The position numbers were made by a program, and so were the translations under genes. DNA of 63,920 nucleotides, the filler included, from Limisphaerales bacterium (lineage in GTDB: Bacteria > Verrucomicrobiota > Verrucomicrobiia > Limisphaerales > SIBE01), in the NCBI GenBank assembly GCA_044225505.1. It is 7 parts of 7 records of this genome, joined end to end, with 100 filler letters (N's around TTAATTAATTAA, not from the genome) between each part and the next. Parts side by side here need not be neighbours in the genome. Positions count along the whole stretch, not along the records: positions 58,569 to 63,920 come from JBGAIN010000018.1; 6 more parts are not named here. One strand, 5' to 3'. The notes under the pieces were generated by a model. That model was not told the origin of the DNA. It was given only the letters and a program-made list of their open reading frames with translations, and searched no databases. This document shows, one piece after another, positions 60,596 through 63,920 of this stretch; the stretch's first letter is position 1, and every line of letters starts with the position of its first letter.

Positions 60596-61947
60596 GGATG
60601 CGATTGAAAGCGGGTAAGAAGGAGTTGAAGAAAAGAGTGTGCTTTTTTATACACCTACCTCAATACAGTGATGAAGAGGAAAAAGGCAGCTGGGCTGTTC
60701 ACATCGGCGGAGATAAAGTTGGTGGAGCGACTGCGGGAAAGTCCCGAAATGCTGCCGCGGGTGCAGGAGATCATGGCCCTGGCAGACTGTAAAGACGGCC
60801 CTTTGAAGATGGCGGATGAGGTAGAGGAATTCCTCATAGCGGCGATACATTACCTGGGCCATGAGATTAAGAGTCAATGGGCTAGCGGAGGAGCGAATGG
60901 GTCGGGAACTCAAGGAGCAAGATCCGACGGTGCGGAGTCATAAAAGAAAACGCTGAAGTGGTGGGGTGTCTTTGGGCTGGTGAGCGTGAAGGAACGGATC
61001 TGGCGCACGGCGGCCAAGAGCTATGTGCGCCTTCTGCCCAAACGGTGGGAAGTAACACCCCGAGGACGGAGCCGACGGTTGCAGTGGGTGCTAACCGACT
61101 TTGGTTGCAAGCACACTTTTGTCCAACCGGCCGAGCATGTCCTAGAGCACTAGGGATTTGCGATTGGAGCCAGCGCCGTGCACTCGACGACGTTGGAGCA
61201 CGCTCCGAGAGAGCGCAGAAGCAGCTGCAAGACAAGTATCAACGATCTTTTCGAATTTTACCTCCGTTGCGTGCCGAGCATGTGATTGCCGAGGTGGGTG
61301 TTGCGATGATTTCACTGTGAAGGCAGGACGCCCCCCGGAAAGGCAAGCGCACTCGAGATTGGAAGGAGATGAGGCTGGTGGCGGCCCAAGCCCAGGGCAG
61401 TTGCACAACCGTTCATGGCGCCACCTTCGGCAGTGTGGAAGTAGCCGGGAGACGCTGAGTGGATTAGACTGTAAACCCAGGAGATCTTTCAGAAACAAGG
61501 CAGAATCCTCTGCGACTTAGACCATGTCAGTGAATACCTGGGAACCGCGGCGAAAACCTGTCGAGCCCAGAGGCCCGATGCTTGGCGTCGGACGCAACAG
61601 AAAAGACTACGCCGCGGGCAAAGGCAGAAGGTGATCGATGCTTAAGCACCGTTTCTGGAGCCCGAAGGCACGGCGGAAGAGGAAAGTCCGGTCCGCAACG
61701 CTTACCGTTACTTGAACAATCGATGGCAGTCCCTAAGTTATACTCGCGCTTTGCAGTTGGGCCTTCCCATCGGTTCAGGCATGATCGAGAGAGGACACCA
61801 GCATGTGCTTCAGGCACGCCTCAAAAAAAGCCGGCGCAGCTTGGCAGCAAGACAACGCCGATCAAATCGCTCACTTACACGTCCTCAGGGCCAACCGAGA
61901 ATGGGAATCCTTCTGGAATCACGCCTCACCCGGTTTTGATCATACGC
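60596..61947 (+). mobile_element. Decayed ISKra4/ISLre2-like (UPF0236) insertion sequence; transposase pseudogene
   Basis: Fragments TLKWWGVFG, LTDFG and LGLPIGSGMIERGHQHVLQARLKK/AGAAW lie in different frames with stops. Degenerate IRs match 15/23; flanks are GGCTTGAG and GGCTTGAA. Confidence 0.82.
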
Positions 61948-62055
61948 GGCTTGAAGCCGAAAGGAACTACGAGTCAACCATGACGAGCCAAGCTAGCAAG
62001 GGCGAATCCTACCCGTCCGTCGGAAGCGCCGCCCTGTCCGTGGCGTAGAGACGCG

Positions 62056-63117
62056 CTAGCGCCGGGAATCGGACGACCGGAGAATCCGCGGGCTCAGCCC
62101 GACATCATTCAGCCAACTCTGAATGATCTCTGGAGCAGATTCGGGCCACCGGAGCTCGCCCTTTAACCAGGCCTTCATGTCACTGCGGGCGGCGGCCGAT
62201 CCACTCAATACCTTCGAGATTAACGAAAGGCGCCGTTTGACTAACCCTTTGCTATGACGAATCTCCCAGGCAAGCTGACGGCATTCTTTGGCTCGGCTTG
62301 CCCAATCCGGTAACGCTCGCCTCACCCGCTCGTCCAAACGCGCCTCTGAAAACGCGACGGCGTTTTCAATCATGGCGTCGACCTTTCGTAAGCGATCGAC
62401 CGAATCCATGTCGACCGCCCCAGTGGCTTGTGCACTGTGAACCCGCCATCCCCCCCAGGTATCAGGCACGTGCACCGTATTGGCGACCAAAGTCGCCCGC
62501 ATGTGCCAATTATAATCGCTTTGCGAGCCCCATTGCTTTTCAAACATGCCGACCTTTTCGAAAAGAGATCGACGAATCAGCATCTGCGTAATTGAAACAT
62601 AGACCTGGTCTCCAGAAAGGTGAAGCAAGCCGTCGAATGGAGCTAACCTCACATGCTGCTCGGTCAAAAGCTCACCGCAGCTCCGCGCAAAAACACAGCC
62701 CTTCCACCAATCGGGTCCTTCTTTGCCCTTTTCATCAATCACCTTGATGCGGCAGTGAGCCAGATCGCAGTCTGGGTTAGCATCGAGCGCGGCGGCAAGG
62801 CGCTCCAAGCAATTCGGCGGCATCGTATCGTCACTGGTTGCGATGTAAACGTACTTCCCGCGGGCTGCTTGCACACAAGGGTTCCAACTGCCAGGGGTTC
62901 CAGCACGCGGACCCTGCCACGCTTTTATCTTCGGTTCTCGAGCGGCGAGCTCCTGGATGTATTCCCAGGCGCCATCGTCTGAGTAGCTGTCGTAGACCAG
63001 AACTTCGAAGTCGTCCATGGTCTGCTTGAAGATGGTCTCAAACCTCTCCGGCAAGAACGGACGCATGTTTAGGTTCGGAACACAGACACTGACTCTTGGA
63101 TTGGAGGTCGCTTTCAT
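62056..63117 (-). CDS. Glycosyltransferase family 2
   Basis: PRVSVCVPNLN, VYDSYSDDG, ARGKYVYIATSDD. Confidence 0.9.
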   Translation of the reverse strand: MKATSNPRVSVCVPNLNMRPFLPERFETIFKQTMDDFEVLVYDSYSDDGAWEYIQELAAREPKIKAWQGPRAGTPGSWNPCVQAARGKYVYIATSDDTMPPNCLERLAAALDANPDCDLAHCRIKVIDEKGKEGPDWWKGCVFARSCGELLTEQHVRLAPFDGLLHLSGDQVYVSITQMLIRRSLFEKVGMFEKQWGSQSDYNWHMRATLVANTVHVPDTWGGWRVHSAQATGAVDMDSVDRLRKVDAMIENAVAFSEARLDERVRRALPDWASRAKECRQLAWEIRHSKGLVKRRLSLISKVLSGSAAARSDMKAWLKGELRWPESAPEIIQSWLNDVGLSPRILRSSDSRR

Positions 63118-63216
63118 TCAGTGAAACCACACGTCGTATCAGGCAGGACTAGTTTAGGCGGCGCGTTCAGCATGAGCCAGGTGCCTCATCGGCCTAGGGA
63201 ATAAACGGTATTGCCG

Positions 63217-63918
63217 CTACTTGGCCAGGCTTCGATACAAATCCACAGTCCGGACGGCCATCTTGTCCCACGAAAAGGCTGCGACGCGCTTTTTCCCGCG
63301 ATCAATATAGTCGAAGCGGCGGGCACCTAAGTTCTTAAGCGCAAGGATGCACTCTGCTAACTGTTCGGTGGAGGTCGGATTGAAGAGTATAGCGGCGTCG
63401 CCGACCACCTCCGGGATGCTCGAGGTTTCCGCGGCGATGACAACTGTCCCACAAGCCATTGCTTCTAGCAATGGAATGCCAAATCCCTCGTAAAGGGATG
63501 GATAGATCAAAGCCTGCGAACTTCGGTACAGAGCCGCCAAGCGTCCATCGTCGACATCGGGTATGAGCGTCACTCGTTCCCAGAGATTTAACGCACGCAA
63601 CCATTCTTCTTCCGCCGGACTGAATGGCGGACCGACGACTCCTAAACGAAGTTCCGGCCAACTGTTCCGAATACTACTGAAGGCCACGAGAAGCCGAGCA
63701 AAATTTTTGTAAAAGGTCCGACTACCGACAAATAAAACGTACGGCTCCGCCAGCGAGACTTTCTCGTGGCGGCCCATTTCTTCGCCCATCTCTGTTGCCA
63801 AATAAATGACTCGAATTCTTTCGGGCGGGACGCCCATGAATTCAACCAGATCTCTCTTCGTGTGTTCCGAAATGCAAATGATGGCGTCTGCCGCCGCAAC
63901 CGCGTCGCGCTTCCGGGA
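63217..63918 (-). CDS. Glycosyltransferase family 4, 5' end outside the window
   Basis: ADAIICISEHTKRDL, LFVGSRTFYKNF, YPSLYEGFGIPLLEAMACG. Confidence 0.92.
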   Translation of the reverse strand, partial: SRKRDAVAAADAIICISEHTKRDLVEFMGVPPERIRVIYLATEMGEEMGRHEKVSLAEPYVLFVGSRTFYKNFARLLVAFSSIRNSWPELRLGVVGPPFSPAEEEWLRALNLWERVTLIPDVDDGRLAALYRSSQALIYPSLYEGFGIPLLEAMACGTVVIAAETSSIPEVVGDAAILFNPTSTEQLAECILALKNLGARRFDYIDRGKKRVAAFSWDKMAVRTVDLYRSLAK

Positions 63919-63920
63919 AG

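Overview
This window is not one continuous locus. It holds seven short contigs joined by artificial 100-nt linkers (N44-TTAATTAATTAA-N44). The five complete contigs fall steadily in length from 9742 to 9455 bp, so adjacency across a linker means nothing. Gene content (PEP-CTERM and VPDSG-type sorting signals, prepilin/H-X9-DG proteins, a DUF1549-type protein, ECF sigma/Ser-Thr kinase pairs) suggests a Verrucomicrobiota or other PVC genome bin; this is an inference. Contig 1: EF-hand / ApbE-DUF2271 / PepSY-TM flavinylation operon, CTERM proteins, fkp. Contig 2: complex-I-like nuoABCDHIJK operon with no nuoEFG, continuing into Mrp-type antiporter subunits. Contig 3: mobile-element-like region with ssb, a VirD4-like ATPase, a frameshifted PD-(D/E)xK nuclease, a two-gene SIR2 cassette and an IS3 element. 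Contig 4: NDH-2-cNMP-CBS fusion, a MITE, sigma54-driven glnK-amtB-amtB, ECF-kinase pair. Contig 5: ECF43-type sigma and WD40 receptor kinase beside a divergent surface-protein/fibre locus with twin matching promoters. Contig 6: GH172, glnE, aldehyde dehydrogenase and a GS-like ligase. Contig 7: wza and glycosyltransferases split by a decayed IS. The best candidates for undescribed systems are the kinase/ECF-controlled fibre locus (39288-48913) and the SIR2 two-gene cassette (24172-25840). All family calls come from reading motifs by eye; no searches were run.
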